DNA of 64,000 bases from IMG/VR virus record IMGVR_UViG_3300022719_000039, positions 18,935 to 82,934 of that record; one strand, written 5' to 3'. The position numbers and the translations under genes were made by a program. The stretch is from a virus. How positions within the stretch are numbered: the first letter of the stretch is position 1; each line of letters starts with the position of its first letter. The notes below the pieces were generated by a model that was not told where the DNA came from, did not search any database, and saw only the letters and a program-made list of their open reading frames with translations. Shown piece by piece: positions 22,004 through 32,979 of this stretch.

Positions 22004-22705
22004 TTATTCAATCCTTTGTAAATTTTGTTTATTAGTATTAATTCTATTAGATTCTATTGATTCCAGATAAGCATCAACTGCAAGTTGTACTATCTTATTA
22101 TGAGCATTCTCATTTACCTCACTGTTAACTTTCGGAGTTGACTGCGAATTTATTTTGTTTGGTCTTTTAACATAAGTAAGTAGAAATTTAGTAATAGAAA
22201 ATCCTGATACTGTCAATATAATGATTTTTCCTTCTTCATAGAAAATTCTAGGCTTTCTTTTTTTAGGTTTGTAAAAAGGATTTACTAAAGCAGCATCATC
22301 TACCTGATCTTGAGTTAAAACAGTAACTTTTCTATATACTTCAGTATTGGTACTATTCTCTTTGACTTTAGCTCTACCTCTGACATAATACTTATATGGA
22401 CTATCAGCAAGAGTACCTGAACTTGGATATAAATCTAAGGAATACGCATCACTTAAAAAAGAATAACTAGTTACACCAAGTTCTCTGGTGAAGACTATTT
22501 CTGATAAGTCATCTACTCTTAGTTGACTTTCTTCAAAACCATCTAAAAAGAAAGCATCCCTTCCTCCATAACTTAATGTAACAAACTGATCTTGTGCAAT
22601 GTTTAAAAATTCATCTATTACTTCTGGAAGGATATCAGGTGTAATACCTGCATCCCCTCTATCAGTTAGAACTTTAAATCTTATATGCATCTCATCAACT
22701 GTCAC
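22004..22705 (-). CDS. Head-tail connector ring protein
   Basis: EVIDEFLNIAQDQFV, GFEESQLRVDDLS, LTYVKRP and HNKIVQLAV match the crAss ring-protein pattern. Confidence 0.7.
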   Translation of the reverse strand: MTVDEMHIRFKVLTDRGDAGITPDILPEVIDEFLNIAQDQFVTLSYGGRDAFFLDGFEESQLRVDDLSEIVFTRELGVTSYSFLSDAYSLDLYPSSGTLADSPYKYYVRGRAKVKENSTNTEVYRKVTVLTQDQVDDAALVNPFYKPKKRKPRIFYEEGKIIILTVSGFSITKFLLTYVKRPNKINSQSTPKVNSEVNENAHNKIVQLAVDAYLESIESNRINTNKQNLQRIE

Positions 22706-23778
22706 TTCTTCTTATACTTAGAAGTTTCTACATCTGAATTTTCAGGAGTTTTTTCTGCATCTTCTACGTCTTTTACTTTTTCTACTTCTTTCACTTCATC
22801 TTTAACCTGTTTCAGTGTACTTTCTTCCTTAGTTTTAGTATCTGCTTCTTTTGTTTCCTTTTTATCGTTTCCTCCGATTATGCTATCAAGGCTTTGAAAG
22901 TCCCTTCCTTGTCCAGCAGGAGAATTTATACCTAACAACTCATTAAGTTTAGCCATTAGGCTTATCTTAATTTGTTGGTATTTTTTATTATTGAGGTTTC
23001 TTATAGCAGACTCTTTATCATGCCCAAGCATGGCATTTGAATCTACAATAATTATCTGTCCTGCTGTTTCCCTTAGTAACTTTTTATACAATAATTTATT
23101 GAGGAATACATAATCCTTAAAATTAGGATTATCAATAAAGTCAATAAACTTTCTAGGATTAGCATCAACATCTGCTCCAACCTTATCTTCTATTATATCA
23201 GGACTAACATCATCTACATTATGCCCTGTACCAGTTAGATAATCAATTTTATCGTTTAAAGTCATATCATTATATATAGAATATGCCTTAGCTCTATCTT
23301 GTCTTATGTTATTAGAAACTTTTGCAATAGCTTCCTCATTCTCCATATAAAACAAAGGTCTGGACTTTTTATCAAAAGGCCCATTTTGTACATGACGACT
23401 GTCTTTAAGTACTATAAACCTTAACAGTCCTTCAGGTAAGCTAGTATCTATTGTTTCTCCTTCATCACCTACCTCTATATTATATTCTCTCCAAAAATTA
23501 GATTTAGGACTTAAAATTCCCTTTTCCAACCCAATAGCCTTTTCAAAAAACCTTTGTAGTTCTTCATCATTTTTTAGTTCTCCTATTCTATATCTACCAA
23601 AGTTATCATATAAACCGGGAGCAAAAGTAAGTGTAGTATTTTGATATCTCTTTACTTTAGACCAAGGGTCACGAACTTTGACTGATAATTTATATATCTT
23701 ATTATAAGGCAGTTTATACTTACTGCATACAGCCTCAAGACTATCTAATTTTGTTTCTTGTACTAATTGTTCTTCCAT
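22702..23778 (-). CDS. Conserved crAss protein downstream of MCP, 358 aa
   Basis: Synteny immediately after MCP, with a K/E-rich C-terminal tail. Confidence 0.55.
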   Translation of the reverse strand: MEEQLVQETKLDSLEAVCSKYKLPYNKIYKLSVKVRDPWSKVKRYQNTTLTFAPGLYDNFGRYRIGELKNDEELQRFFEKAIGLEKGILSPKSNFWREYNIEVGDEGETIDTSLPEGLLRFIVLKDSRHVQNGPFDKKSRPLFYMENEEAIAKVSNNIRQDRAKAYSIYNDMTLNDKIDYLTGTGHNVDDVSPDIIEDKVGADVDANPRKFIDFIDNPNFKDYVFLNKLLYKKLLRETAGQIIIVDSNAMLGHDKESAIRNLNNKKYQQIKISLMAKLNELLGINSPAGQGRDFQSLDSIIGGNDKKETKEADTKTKEESTLKQVKDEVKEVEKVKDVEDAEKTPENSDVETSKYKKK

Positions 23779-23797
23779 TTTTACTTAAAGTTAAAAA

Positions 23798-23847
23798 AGC
23801 TTATAGTATACTATGTTACCTTATAAAACAAAAGTAAACTATAAGCT
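23798..23847 (-). terminator. Probable terminator after MCP
   Basis: Inverted repeat AGCTTATAGT...ACTATAAGCT, followed on the minus strand by a T6 tract. Confidence 0.55.
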
Positions 23848-23852
23848 CTTTA

Positions 23853-25316
23853 TTATTTTTCAAAAATTAATTCACCATTTGAAGTAGGGTCTTCTACCTG
23901 AATACCAACTTCTGCAAGAAGTTCCACTCTATATCCATCAATACCAGAAGCTCTCATAGTATTCATATCTTTTGCTATACCACCCATAGGATCAGTAGAA
24001 CCAGCTACATGCCACATTGCATTTTCGCTATCTGCTAGTGCTACTTTCCTTATATTAGACTTACCATTCTTTCTACCAAAGTTAAGAATAGTAAACCTAT
24101 AAGATTCTACAGGCTTTTTAGTAACAGGGTGTAAATCTCTATTATGAACAAAATCATCATAAGGAGGAAATTCTTTAACTGTTAACTCTATACCATTTAG
24201 GAACTTTACAGTTTTAAAGGCTCCCTGAAACGTTAACTCTTGTCCTTTACCACTTATAAAGGTTCCATTATCGGTAACTGTAATACCTCTGGCATTTTGT
24301 TCTTCTCTTATCGCTCTATCAAATTCCCTCATACCCATCTTACCTGTTAAAGCTACAAACTTGTGATCTCCACCCCATGCATTAGCAGAATAAGATAGTT
24401 TTAACAAAAAGTCATCCAATAATTGATAAGTAAGATTTGTATAGAACTGCACATTTGCAGGACTTATTTGTTGCCTGAAACCAGCTCCATGATATACAGG
24501 AAACCCTGATTGTCCTCTAATAGCAATATCTGTTTCAGCTACAGGCTTGCTATTAAAAGTTGTATAAACAAGCGATCTATCAATTTCCCGCATCCATTGT
24601 GATAAAGCAGTCCATTCAGCCGTCTTTGTCCATAACTTTGTGGATTTTTTAGGATCATTAGGATCACGCATTTCAATCACCATTACTTCCTTAGCAGCAT
24701 TTCTTGATACTGAATAATGCTTCCTAAGTGTGGTAAGTTGATTGATTAATGACATCGGAGTTGAATAATGAGTTCCTCCACCTTTAGAACTATATTCCTC
24801 AACGGTTGAATACATTTTACTGAACTTAGCACCCTTTTTAATTAATACAGGGTCTAAAAACTCTTGCGTTACATCAGTAAGAACTACAGTATAAACCCAC
24901 ATATTACCATCCTGATACTCATTAACTACACGAACAAATGAACCATCATCAGCACGTAAATTATCCGAGGCTTCAAATATGTTATCTTCCAGAAATATCC
25001 TGAAAGGTGTTTGAGAAATACCGGGAGTACTACCACCATCAGGACTATCCTGTGCTATACTAATAGCTCTTTCTGTTTGCCCATGAACATCCCACTTATA
25101 CTGCCTATTAGTAATAAACCTTGTATTCCCTATTCCACCTGTAAGTAGATTTAAAACATTACTTCCAGTCATACCAAAAGCATAAGCTAAAACACCATCC
25201 ATTTTTACAGGTTCGGTAAGATAAGCATTAGCTAATTGATTGGTAGTAGTTAAACCACTAAAGTCTCTGGTTGTGTAAAGTTGTAAAGGACTAATATCCT
25301 CTTTAAAAGTCGCCAT
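23853..25316 (-). CDS. Major capsid protein (crAss-type HK97 fold), 487 aa
   Basis: FSGLTTTNQLANAY N-terminus, QYKWDV, TTLRKHYSVS, and a C-terminal DGYRVELLAEVGIQVEDP. Gene order portal-scaffold-MCP. Confidence 0.88.
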   Translation of the reverse strand: MATFKEDISPLQLYTTRDFSGLTTTNQLANAYLTEPVKMDGVLAYAFGMTGSNVLNLLTGGIGNTRFITNRQYKWDVHGQTERAISIAQDSPDGGSTPGISQTPFRIFLEDNIFEASDNLRADDGSFVRVVNEYQDGNMWVYTVVLTDVTQEFLDPVLIKKGAKFSKMYSTVEEYSSKGGGTHYSTPMSLINQLTTLRKHYSVSRNAAKEVMVIEMRDPNDPKKSTKLWTKTAEWTALSQWMREIDRSLVYTTFNSKPVAETDIAIRGQSGFPVYHGAGFRQQISPANVQFYTNLTYQLLDDFLLKLSYSANAWGGDHKFVALTGKMGMREFDRAIREEQNARGITVTDNGTFISGKGQELTFQGAFKTVKFLNGIELTVKEFPPYDDFVHNRDLHPVTKKPVESYRFTILNFGRKNGKSNIRKVALADSENAMWHVAGSTDPMGGIAKDMNTMRASGIDGYRVELLAEVGIQVEDPTSNGELIFEK

Positions 25317-25349
25317 TTTTTGTATTTATTTAAATTTAAACATAGTTAG

Positions 25350-26600
25350 TTAATTTTCAACAGTCACCGAACCATCATGCATAAAAGGTATATCAGAAAT
25401 AGATACCTCTTTATTTACTTCTTCTCTAACTTGTTTTCCACCTTCTTTCCTGTCTGCTTTTGTATCATTGAGCCTTGTTAATGCTTCTTTGATTTCCTTT
25501 ACAGACTTATTACTAACTTGCTTCTTAACTTTATCCCCTAATTTAAAATTCTTCATCTTAAAGTAAGCAATTTTAAGTTGTGTTTCCTGATCATGGTCTA
25601 ACTCATTTTGAGTTTTACCATTCTTTACTGGTTTGGTTATATAATCATAAAGCTTTTTAGCTTCGTTTTTCGTTATTTCAAATTCTCCAATTTTATTTAG
25701 GTTAAGAACTTCTTCCTTAAATTGATCTGCCTCTTCCTTCCTCCTTTGTTCTTCCTGTTCGGCTTTCTGATTTTGTTCCTTAATAAGCCTTTCTTTCTTT
25801 TCTTTTTGTACCTTAGCTAAGTACTCTTGTGCTGTTTCAGCCTCTTCTTTAAGAATACCAGCATCTTCATATTTCTCAATTTTATCTTGTATCTTTTTGT
25901 TGTCAGTAATACCTTGATTTATCAAATAATGTTGAATCATAGTCTTTTGATTCAACTCTTCTTCTAAACCAACTTCCTCATAATTTATTTGATTTTTAAG
26001 GTTAAGATATTCATCAAACTTCCCACCCTTCTCATAAAATTCAAGAGCTTGTTTTAACTCTGAATCTTCAATAGACTCCTTATATATATTAATAGCTTGA
26101 TTTCTATGATCAGCCAGAAGTTGTTCAAGACCTTCTTCATCTTTAGTATACTCCTTATCATCATCAACTTCAATATAATTATTTTTTATAAGAATATCCA
26201 TAAGTGCAGAATGAGGATTTTCCTCTTCTTCACCTTTATTCTCTTCTTTAAATTCCTTCAGAAAGTTAACCTCTTCCTTAGTTCTCTCTTCCTCCTTCTT
26301 AGAGCTTATCTCTTCTATCTTAGCATCCCTTTCAGCAATAAGCTTATCTTCCTGAACTAATTCTTCTTTATTAGCAGTCGAAGGTGTATCTTTATCTTGT
26401 CTGTTTTCTTCAGGATTTATACCCTCTTTATCATTTTCCTTGTCTTCTACCCCAGACTGATTTTCAGTATTTTTTTCCTGCTCTTCGGCTTTTTCACCTT
26501 TAGTTTCTTGTTTTTCACTTTTTTCTTGTTGTTCCTCTTCTTCACCATCTATTAGTGTTGAAGGAACACTGTCCAACTGAAATTGACTATAAAAATCCAT
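25350..26600 (-). CDS. Putative scaffolding protein (acidic coiled-coil), 416 aa
   Basis: Extremely E/K-rich and directly upstream of MCP. Confidence 0.65.
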   Translation of the reverse strand: MDFYSQFQLDSVPSTLIDGEEEEQQEKSEKQETKGEKAEEQEKNTENQSGVEDKENDKEGINPEENRQDKDTPSTANKEELVQEDKLIAERDAKIEEISSKKEEERTKEEVNFLKEFKEENKGEEEENPHSALMDILIKNNYIEVDDDKEYTKDEEGLEQLLADHRNQAINIYKESIEDSELKQALEFYEKGGKFDEYLNLKNQINYEEVGLEEELNQKTMIQHYLINQGITDNKKIQDKIEKYEDAGILKEEAETAQEYLAKVQKEKKERLIKEQNQKAEQEEQRRKEEADQFKEEVLNLNKIGEFEITKNEAKKLYDYITKPVKNGKTQNELDHDQETQLKIAYFKMKNFKLGDKVKKQVSNKSVKEIKEALTRLNDTKADRKEGGKQVREEVNKEVSISDIPFMHDGSVTVEN

Positions 26601-26628
26601 GTTTTTACTATTCTTTACTTAATTAAAC

Positions 26629-26680
26629 CAAATATAAATTAGAGGTCATGAAAAACATGAAATTTTTCATGTTTTTTATG
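26629..26680 (-). promoter_or_regulatory. Bacteroidota-type -7 box (TATATTTG) with an upstream 16-bp inverted repeat, ahead of the scaffold/MCP genes
   Basis: caaatata at 26629-26636. CATGAAAAACATGAAA-TT-TTTCATGTTTTTTATG at 26647-26680, one mismatch. Confidence 0.5.
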
Positions 26681-26692
26681 AAACTTTAGCAA

Positions 26693-27028
26693 CTATACAA
26701 AGTCTCCTTGTATAGAATCCTTTTCTGTACTCTCTTCTATAGGTACAGACTTAACAGATGTAACATCAAACCTTGCTATTAAGTCATCAGGAGTTAGTTC
26801 TCCATTCTCTATCTCAAATTGATCAGGCTTTCTAGTTTCTGTTTGTATTACATCTACTTGTAATCTATATCTACCATTAACTTTCCATAGTTTTATTTCT
26901 GGTAGTTCTTTGCTATTAAATCTTAAACTAGTTATTGATTCAGGTACACTTACCTCTTTAACAACTCTACCTTCCTCGTTTTTTACCTTTATTAGTTTTG
27001 TTCCCATCATTTTTGTTTTTAATGTCAA
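26693..27028 (-). CDS. Hypothetical protein (true start may be ATG near 27010), overlapping the portal 3' end
   Basis: Co-oriented ORF filling the portal-scaffold gap. Confidence 0.55.
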   Translation of the reverse strand: MTLKTKMMGTKLIKVKNEEGRVVKEVSVPESITSLRFNSKELPEIKLWKVNGRYRLQVDVIQTETRKPDQFEIENGELTPDDLIARFDVTSVKSVPIEESTEKDSIQGDFV

Positions 27029-29429
27029 ATCTATTTTTATTTTCTTTAGCTACTTTAAGCTTGGTATCTATTTCCTTATCTTTAAGTTCCAGTTCTTTAT
27101 CTTTCTGCTCTAATTCTTTTCTCTTATTCTCTCTGTCCGTTCTAAACTTTTCTATTTCAAGTACATCTAAAACATCATTTGCATCTTGATCTGTTATACC
27201 TAAATCTGTTAATGCTTTTATTTGAGCTACTCTAATATCTTTTTCTCTATCTAATCTAGCACGTTCATCTTCTCTATCTTCTTTAGCTAATTCTCTAGTA
27301 GTTCTTTCCCTCTCTACTGATATCTGAGTTTCTCTTTCTGCTTGAGATTGTCTTTCTGCTTGATCTCTTCTCTTATCTATAGCTTTTTGTACAATATTAG
27401 TTGCTTCCGATAATGATCCTGAAGTTAATACATTAACTACATCATTTAACTCGGCTGCTCCTGAAGCAATCATATTTTCAGCTAATAATTCTATCTTCCT
27501 AAATATTCTTGAATCTCTGCTGCTATTTGTAACAAATATTCCTAATTCTGAATCATTTAAAAGTTCTCCATCTATTTCTAATACTATTCTTTCTCCATTA
27601 TCAAGAATGCCTGATAACTTCCCCCCGTCAGCATATGCTATCTGTGCTAATCTAAGTAATTGATTTAAATATTGCTCCTTGACACTATTATGTTCAAAAA
27701 ATATAGGTTCGGTTATATTAGCACTTTGGTTTATTGATCTTTCTATTCCACCAACTGTTTCTCTGCTTTGTATTTGAGCTTCCCTTTGAGGGCTAACACC
27801 AGAAACAACACTTACTAAGCTTTCAATCTTTTCAAGTATTGCTATATATTGTCCTATAACTTGAGACATAGTTCTATCTATAGATGTAAAACCATTAAAG
27901 TTAGGACTTCTTCCTTTATTTACTCCTTTCTGACCTTCTTCAAAACTATTTATGAAAGCTATGTTGCCGTTATCTAAATATTGTATCCATTTATCAATAT
28001 CCATTCCTTCGCTTTTTGGTAAATAAGCTAAATCCATTATGAATGCTTTACCTTTAGCTTTAGCCATCTCATTTTCTAACCTAAACCAAGTTATATTATA
28101 TAAGTACTGGTGTGGTTTAAGTAAGTCTACTAAACTTCTCCCTTCTGAATTTATATTGTTATATATTCTTCCTATAAAAGGTAATTTCGCTCTTCCTATT
28201 CTTCTAGGGTCTGCAATCTGATTAGGTATAGGTTGTTTTACAGGAAATATATCATCTCCTATTCTAGTCCCTTCCCATATCTCATCAATCCATTGCCATT
28301 CAATTACAAACCCTGCTTCCTTATGTTCTTCTGTAAGCTTAAAACTCTCATCTACTATTGTCTCCCTTAAATCCCCTTCTTCATCAATCCATGTAAGAAA
28401 ACCTATCTTACGCAATGCTCTCCAAGCAAAATCTGCTACCCTTATATGACTTCTAGTGCTATTATAGTAATTATCCCTATTACTATGTGGTTTATCTCTA
28501 TACGCAAATTCAGGAAAATATTTGCTACTATTCATAGCATGTCCTACATCCCCTCTATCAATCCTTCTAACTTCATCATCAGTTAAAAATTCTCCATACT
28601 CATCTATAACCTGAGAAGAAGATAAATATCTTTCTTCTCTTGCCCATTTAGAATCTTCTACTCTATCACAACTAGGGTTTTTATCAAATTCAAAACCTAA
28701 AGGATTAACTACTCTGCCAGTAGGATGGCCATTCCTTATACCTGTATAATAAAATTCTTCTCCCGCAACTAAAGCATGAAACATACCCTTATTAAATTTC
28801 TCCTCTATGTTGTCATTTTTGATTAATATTTTCATAAGTTTGCCTGACAACTCTTCTCTTCTTTCCCTATAGGTTTTATCAAATTCATCAACTACCTTTT
28901 GAGGTTCTGGTGGTAATACCTTCTGCCCTGTTACCGGATCAGTAGGTATAGTTGAAGGATCAATTAATGAATTTACTAATCTTTGTAAAGACTCTCTTAT
29001 AATTTCATTTCTTCTAGTTAAGGTTGTATTTAAAGATTCTCCACCTAATCCCATTACCTTCCAGTCAAAAGGACGGGTCATTTCTTCTCCCCTATGCAAA
29101 TTAACTTTACTTGAAACTATATTAATATCCCTTATCTTAGCAGGACTACCCATGAACTTCTCTTCAGGAATATTATAAGGATTCAATACATAATTTAAAT
29201 CATCCTCATTAAATATACTATTCATCAAGTCATAATTGACTTGTTTCCTATGCTTGCTACTTCTACCCTGATCATCAAGAGCAGCAGCCAATACATCAAT
29301 AGCTTCCATAGTATTTTCAGCCCATTTACCTGTCTTTTCCCTTCTACTTAGTTTTTGTCTTGGAATTACAGGCGTACTATGAGGATTACTTTGTGAAAAC
29401 TTATCTACTAAACTTAGGCTACTTCCCAT
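26967..29429 (-). CDS. Portal protein, 820 aa
   Basis: PRQKLS...KTGKW, GEEMTRPFDW, EIWEGTRIG, LPFIGRIYN, SLVDLLKPHQYLYN and a coiled-coil C-terminus. Follows TerL. Confidence 0.9.
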   Translation of the reverse strand: MGSSLSLVDKFSQSNPHSTPVIPRQKLSRREKTGKWAENTMEAIDVLAAALDDQGRSSKHRKQVNYDLMNSIFNEDDLNYVLNPYNIPEEKFMGSPAKIRDINIVSSKVNLHRGEEMTRPFDWKVMGLGGESLNTTLTRRNEIIRESLQRLVNSLIDPSTIPTDPVTGQKVLPPEPQKVVDEFDKTYRERREELSGKLMKILIKNDNIEEKFNKGMFHALVAGEEFYYTGIRNGHPTGRVVNPLGFEFDKNPSCDRVEDSKWAREERYLSSSQVIDEYGEFLTDDEVRRIDRGDVGHAMNSSKYFPEFAYRDKPHSNRDNYYNSTRSHIRVADFAWRALRKIGFLTWIDEEGDLRETIVDESFKLTEEHKEAGFVIEWQWIDEIWEGTRIGDDIFPVKQPIPNQIADPRRIGRAKLPFIGRIYNNINSEGRSLVDLLKPHQYLYNITWFRLENEMAKAKGKAFIMDLAYLPKSEGMDIDKWIQYLDNGNIAFINSFEEGQKGVNKGRSPNFNGFTSIDRTMSQVIGQYIAILEKIESLVSVVSGVSPQREAQIQSRETVGGIERSINQSANITEPIFFEHNSVKEQYLNQLLRLAQIAYADGGKLSGILDNGERIVLEIDGELLNDSELGIFVTNSSRDSRIFRKIELLAENMIASGAAELNDVVNVLTSGSLSEATNIVQKAIDKRRDQAERQSQAERETQISVERERTTRELAKEDREDERARLDREKDIRVAQIKALTDLGITDQDANDVLDVLEIEKFRTDRENKRKELEQKDKELELKDKEIDTKLKVAKENKNRFDIKNKNDGNKTNKGKKRGR

Positions 29430-31660
29430 GATGAATTATTATTTGTAAACAGTTTTCTATTAAAAAAATTACCTAAAGCTTTATCTACTTCTTTCTGTCT
29501 TGCACCTTCTATCCTTAATCTATAATTTTGATTCTTATGCAATATTAATAACATTAAAGATATAACCCTGTCAAAATTACCTTTGTCATTATAATTAATA
29601 AGTTCACTTAAAGCAGGTTTAGACTTTATACCCATATATTGAGGCCTTCCATCTACACCTTCTTCTACCAGAAAATCCCTTAACATTATCTCAAGTTCCC
29701 GCTTTATAGATTTAGTCATATGGATACCAAAACCTCTATTTACTGTAGTATTTTCAGTAGCCTTTAATATATCCGGTGTATTTTTTAATAAATATAACGA
29801 ACCTTTAGACTCAAAGTGAAATTTCATAGAGTTTTTCTCATTCTCATATAAGTCTAAAGCTCCATAAAACATACAAAGTCTTCTAACAATTTCATGATGT
29901 TCTGAAGCTGTTGCAGGTCTTCCTGTATACTCTGCAACTACCTTATATATAGGAGTATCGGAAAGATCATAACATTGCATTATAAAGGTAGAACCTAAAG
30001 AAGTAGAATTTGGTGCATTATCCTGATCATAAGTATCTGTAGAACCTATAAACATTCCATGTGGTATAACTGTTGATCCAAAAGCATCCAGCAATTCTTC
30101 CGGTGATGGAGGAAAATCCCATATAACTACACAGCCTTCAGCATTTGCCTCTGAATCTACAGGATAACCTGCTGGTTCTAAGTTGTTATCAATGTCTGGT
30201 TCAAACTTAACATCTTTATCAACACCAATTATAAGTTCTCCTGCTATGCCGTTTACTTCAGGAGTATCTATAGACTTTAGATAACCTAAGTATTCTTTCA
30301 TATCTCCTATAGGAAATATATTAGAATTGGTATCTAAAAAAGCTTCACTGGGAACTAAAGGACGGTTTTGTAACTCATCATTATAAGGTTTTTTAGTAGC
30401 CATTGATTTTTTCTTAGCTCTTATAATGTTAAGGTATTCTTTAGCAGCCTCTTCATTAGTTATACCTTCACTATCTTTAAACTCATTAAGGGCCTTAGTA
30501 GCTGGTACAAAGTATCCTATACTACCAGTGTTTTCCCATTCATCAGTAAAGACTAAACAATCATAAGAATCAGGATCATTAAATATAGCCTTAGCAGCTT
30601 CAGTACTTCCTCCTTCCATATCTCCACCAGTACCCATACACCAGATAGTACCTCTACGCCTTCCATCATCCATAGTTACATATTCCAAAGAGCCTAATGC
30701 ACTCGGTAATATATCGAAAAATCCTACTTCTTCAAGATATGTAAGTCCCGGTCTGGTTCCATTGCCGGCTACAGGATTATGTTTAAAAGTTCTATGATGT
30801 ATTAATGAACCAGTACCTTTAGTCTTCCAACCCCCTCCTGCCATTTTAATATCATATCTGGCTTCTATAGGTTTCTTACCTGAATCCCATGTACCTCTAA
30901 ATAATTTTGAAAAAGGCGGAGGATAATATGACTCTCTATACCTTGTTCCTCCTTCAAGTTCGTCCAAACCAAATCTTACCTTTGTTAATAAATCACTTGA
31001 ATAGGCTGCATCTATTGCTCCTACTAAAGTTTCAGACATTGTATCATTATCAACTTCATAATCAGTAGAGCCGTCCATAAGAAAATACCAACCAATGTTA
31101 CTAGCAGCAAAGTAGCTCTTACCAGTACCTCTTGACTCTATATCCATTACATTCTTTGCAGGATTAATATATAAAGGTTTTCCCATGTTCCCCGGATGAA
31201 TAGCATTAAGATATTCTCTGGCAGGTATGTATTTATAAACATTGTACCTTCTGGAATTATTAACTATAGTATCATGTATATCTTCAGAGTATTCTATTAT
31301 TCTATCCTCTTTCAAGTCCCTCAACATTTCCCTACCTTCGTATGTTATATCACAAGTACTATTTTTATCCTCTGAAAAACCACTAAATCCTCTAGCTTCC
31401 TGAAATATCTTAGACTTTTCCCACTCTAAATCTCTTAGGAAAGGTTTTGCTTTAATTTTAGACTTGGAATGTGGGTTTTTATTCAGCATTATATGCCAGA
31501 AGTTGATATAGAAATATAAATTAGGAGGCATCCATTTACCCCCTACCCAATGACCTTCAATACATCGTCTTTTTTGTTCCTTCCACCAAGTTATTCTATC
31601 ACTTGATAAAGGATGTAAATCCGGTACGTTGTTTATAAGAAAGTTTTTATTTTCTACCAT
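29414..31660 (-). CDS. terL: Terminase large subunit, 748 aa
   Basis: Walker A SRGTGKS, Walker B YLEEVG, GTGGD motif, RNase H-like DTYDQD and GNFDRV. Confidence 0.92.
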   Translation of the reverse strand: MVENKNFLINNVPDLHPLSSDRITWWKEQKRRCIEGHWVGGKWMPPNLYFYINFWHIMLNKNPHSKSKIKAKPFLRDLEWEKSKIFQEARGFSGFSEDKNSTCDITYEGREMLRDLKEDRIIEYSEDIHDTIVNNSRRYNVYKYIPAREYLNAIHPGNMGKPLYINPAKNVMDIESRGTGKSYFAASNIGWYFLMDGSTDYEVDNDTMSETLVGAIDAAYSSDLLTKVRFGLDELEGGTRYRESYYPPPFSKLFRGTWDSGKKPIEARYDIKMAGGGWKTKGTGSLIHHRTFKHNPVAGNGTRPGLTYLEEVGFFDILPSALGSLEYVTMDDGRRRGTIWCMGTGGDMEGGSTEAAKAIFNDPDSYDCLVFTDEWENTGSIGYFVPATKALNEFKDSEGITNEEAAKEYLNIIRAKKKSMATKKPYNDELQNRPLVPSEAFLDTNSNIFPIGDMKEYLGYLKSIDTPEVNGIAGELIIGVDKDVKFEPDIDNNLEPAGYPVDSEANAEGCVVIWDFPPSPEELLDAFGSTVIPHGMFIGSTDTYDQDNAPNSTSLGSTFIMQCYDLSDTPIYKVVAEYTGRPATASEHHEIVRRLCMFYGALDLYENEKNSMKFHFESKGSLYLLKNTPDILKATENTTVNRGFGIHMTKSIKRELEIMLRDFLVEEGVDGRPQYMGIKSKPALSELINYNDKGNFDRVISLMLLILHKNQNYRLRIEGARQKEVDKALGNFFNRKLFTNNNSSWEVA

Positions 31661-31844
31661 TTACCTTTTTAGGCATGAAAGTACCTAAGTATTGCAATCT
31701 TATGTCTTTCCCCTTCCTGTTATCCGCACTCTCTCTAAACTTGTATGCTGTGTACTTAAATTCATACCTACAAACTTCCCTTACTAAGTCTTCAGGTAAA
31801 TTCATTTCTTCTACTACATCTTGTATTATAGGATCAGTATTCAT
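31647..31844 (-). CDS. Small HU/IHF-like protein
   Basis: IIQDVVEEMNLPEDLVREV...IRLQYLGTF resembles the HU fold. Confidence 0.55.
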   Translation of the reverse strand: MNTDPIIQDVVEEMNLPEDLVREVCRYEFKYTAYKFRESADNRKGKDIRLQYLGTFMPKKVNGRK

Positions 31845-32368
31845 TATATCATATCAGCATCAGAAAGACTAGGTTCTTTCTTTCCTCTAACTTCTCCTTG
31901 AGTATCAGACAAAAATACTTCTTCTTTAAGCTTATTCATAGCCTTGAATATCTTTTCCTCACTTAAAATCATCTTATCTATCATATCCCAATTATCCTCA
32001 CGATAATCAAGATCATTAAAGAACTGTGTTCTCTCTTCCAGTTTTTTCTTATTAACCCTGTACTTTCTATGTAAAGTTGTATCAAACACATCAATATATG
32101 CTGAACAAAGTTCATCACACATTTTTTTATTCTTTACATAGTAGTTAGAATCCTGCATTATATTAAGACCTACTAAACTAGCTCTATCTTCAAAGGGCAT
32201 TTCAAACAATTCACTATCTATATCCCAAGTATAAGCTACAAACCACATTATACTAGAACTTTCTTCTTCTCCCTTGTCCTTTATCAAAGACTTAAAAGGT
32301 TCTATGGTCTTTAACTGCTTATGAACTTCCCAATAATTTAATGTAGAATCTAATATTTTTCTATTCAT
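31844..32368 (-). CDS. Conserved crAss-like protein upstream of TerL (terminase small subunit candidate)
   Basis: 174 aa helical protein ending VRGKKEPSLSD. Assignment rests on position only. Confidence 0.45.
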   Translation of the reverse strand: MNRKILDSTLNYWEVHKQLKTIEPFKSLIKDKGEEESSSIMWFVAYTWDIDSELFEMPFEDRASLVGLNIMQDSNYYVKNKKMCDELCSAYIDVFDTTLHRKYRVNKKKLEERTQFFNDLDYREDNWDMIDKMILSEEKIFKAMNKLKEEVFLSDTQGEVRGKKEPSLSDADMI

Positions 32369-32979
32369 TTTTCTTTATCATAATCTTCTACAACAACTTC
32401 AGAATCAAATAATCCTTCAGACTCGTTCGGTTCTATTTTAGTAATAACTTTGGTACTACTATCATTTACCCTTTTACCTTCTTCACTATACTTATAAGGA
32501 TTATCAACATAAACTTCTTCCTTTGGTACAGTTTGTTTCTTTTCCTTTTTCATTTTACTTTTCTTTTTAGTTTTGACTGTATTTTTTACATTTTTTATAG
32601 AATTGTCTTCTTTTGAAATACTTTTCTCATCATTTATTAAAAAACTAAAAGAAATTTCCAAATCTGGTATAAGCCTTTGATCAAACTTAGACATATTACT
32701 TATAATATTTTTAGTTTTTAAGTTACTTAGATGATTGTGAAAACTATTTAAACTCATATCAGCATCTGTACTCATCTTCTTTTTTCTTTCACTTGAAAAT
32801 AATAGTTCAGATAAGTATGGTTCTTCTACTTTACTAATGAGTTGAATATAATTTTTTACTAACTCTGCTAATACTTTAAGCTCACTATCTGTTATGCCTA
32901 ATGCCCCTTTAAACAAAGAAAGATAAATATGTATAAACTCATCATGATCTTTGCAATTTACTTTTATTCTTTTCATCAA
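32365..32979 (-). CDS. Hypothetical winged-helix-like protein
   Basis: ITDSELKVLAEL...MSLNSFHNHLSNLKTKNII resembles an HTH. Confidence 0.45.
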   Translation of the reverse strand: MMKRIKVNCKDHDEFIHIYLSLFKGALGITDSELKVLAELVKNYIQLISKVEEPYLSELLFSSERKKKMSTDADMSLNSFHNHLSNLKTKNIISNMSKFDQRLIPDLEISFSFLINDEKSISKEDNSIKNVKNTVKTKKKSKMKKEKKQTVPKEEVYVDNPYKYSEEGKRVNDSSTKVITKIEPNESEGLFDSEVVVEDYDKEK